Shown here piece after piece: positions 62,990 through 64,000 of a stretch of DNA of 64,000 nucleotides (position 1 is its first letter; every line of letters starts with the position of its first letter). A model generated the notes under the pieces. It worked only from the letters and a program-made list of their open reading frames with translations, searched no databases and had not been told where the DNA came from. Origin of the DNA: Takakia lepidozioides (taxonomy: Eukaryota; Plantae; Bryophyta). A program made the translations under genes and the position numbers. The stretch is from contig CM060732.1 of assembly GCA_030704615.1 (NCBI GenBank), positions 18,910,001 to 18,974,000 of the forward strand, written 5' to 3'.

Positions 62990-64000
62990 TCACCATATGG
63001 GATGATGTGCATGTCATGTTTGAGCACTGTGTGCATACAATTTCCGATACCAATAACAGCATAAACTGGGATTTGGAAGTAGAGGAGGAGTGGGACACCA
63101 GGCCGAGGATGTCATCCTTCATTAATGAGGATAAACGGACGTGGATACCACAGAGCAATCCAACGTCATGGATAACAGATGGTACGGTGTGCACAATGTG
63201 CCTAAACCCTTATGGACTGGAGGAAGGCTATGTGGCCATTTGTTCCATCCCACATGTCTCATATCGGCAGCCATGCGAGCCAGCCAATGCCCTGACTGCC
63301 GTGGACCAATCCATCAACGTTTCTACGAGTTGTTTGGGTTGCAAGACAATATGCCCACGGGATACGAGTACAACCGGTACAACATGCCATTAGATGTATC
63401 GCCTTACGATTTTTTAAATTAGCAGCACTGGGGGGAGACAATGACATGGGATGCTACAAGACAGATGTACGCCTTGGATGCGAAGACGTTAACTAGGGTT
63501 AAAGATCCGGTGACCTTTTGGGTGACATCCAACTGGGAAATAACCGTGCGTGCTAGAGGCATACGGGACCCAGTCCAAAAGGAGTTTTTTTGCCGGAACT
63601 TGGGAGGGCATTAGAGCTGTACCAGACAAAGATTCTTCCGACTGCCTGAGGATCCGTGGGTGCCAACGGAAAACGACCCATACAATCGCGAACCGATTGG
63701 GAGAGACCTATTTCTAAGGGAGTTGGAGGCCGCTAGCATCTGTTGGGAGAATATGAATGAGACGTACTGGGTGCCTCGTCGGGATGATGGGCCATTTCTT
63801 CCAGAGTTGCGCAGAGTCCCCCAGCAGGAGGAGGTGTTGGACAATTTCAAGGCTGTCATCACGAGTGCTCTGGCAAATGTGGAAGAGAGTCAGCACTCAC
63901 CTAGAACGCTACGCATGATGGCAAGGGTGGACCACACAACACTGGGTCCCTCTTTGACCACTCAAGCCCAGGCTCGAACTCTCCGTACTGGTGGAGGCAC
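62990..64000 (+). pseudogene. RING-H2 zinc-finger protein pseudogene fragment running off the window
   Basis: CTMC (one frame) plus CGHLFHPTC..CPDC (next frame) gives C3H2C3 spacing across a frameshift near 63235. Coding-like sequence with stops continues to the window end. Confidence 0.65.

Overview
Eukaryotic, transposon-rich land-plant DNA; a bryophyte/early-diverging plant source is my inference and cannot be confirmed from the sequence. One host gene dominates: an apparently intact ~37-exon UDP-glucose:glycoprotein glucosyltransferase (UGGT) on the minus strand (46129->20498), with five pieces of one APE-type LINE family in its introns. The left flank holds a decayed Ty1/copia element with an internal inversion. 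That element is interrupted by a Ty3/gypsy element whose gag-pol polyprotein carries an in-frame DNMT3-like C5 cytosine methyltransferase between protease and reverse transcriptase; this is the standout feature. Next come an orphan two-exon gene fragment, an L1-like fragment, and a TIR element containing hAT MITEs and Helitron ends. The right flank holds a Mutator-like MITE just upstream of UGGT and a second Ty3/gypsy element with a clear -1 frameshift signal, a dUTPase-like domain in the same protease-RT slot and extra upstream ORFs. It ends with a ~105-bp tandem array, a decayed hAT transposase, a hairpin array containing a tRNA-derived piece, and a RING-H2 pseudogene. All calls come from reading motifs by eye; no database searches were run and many boundaries are approximate.
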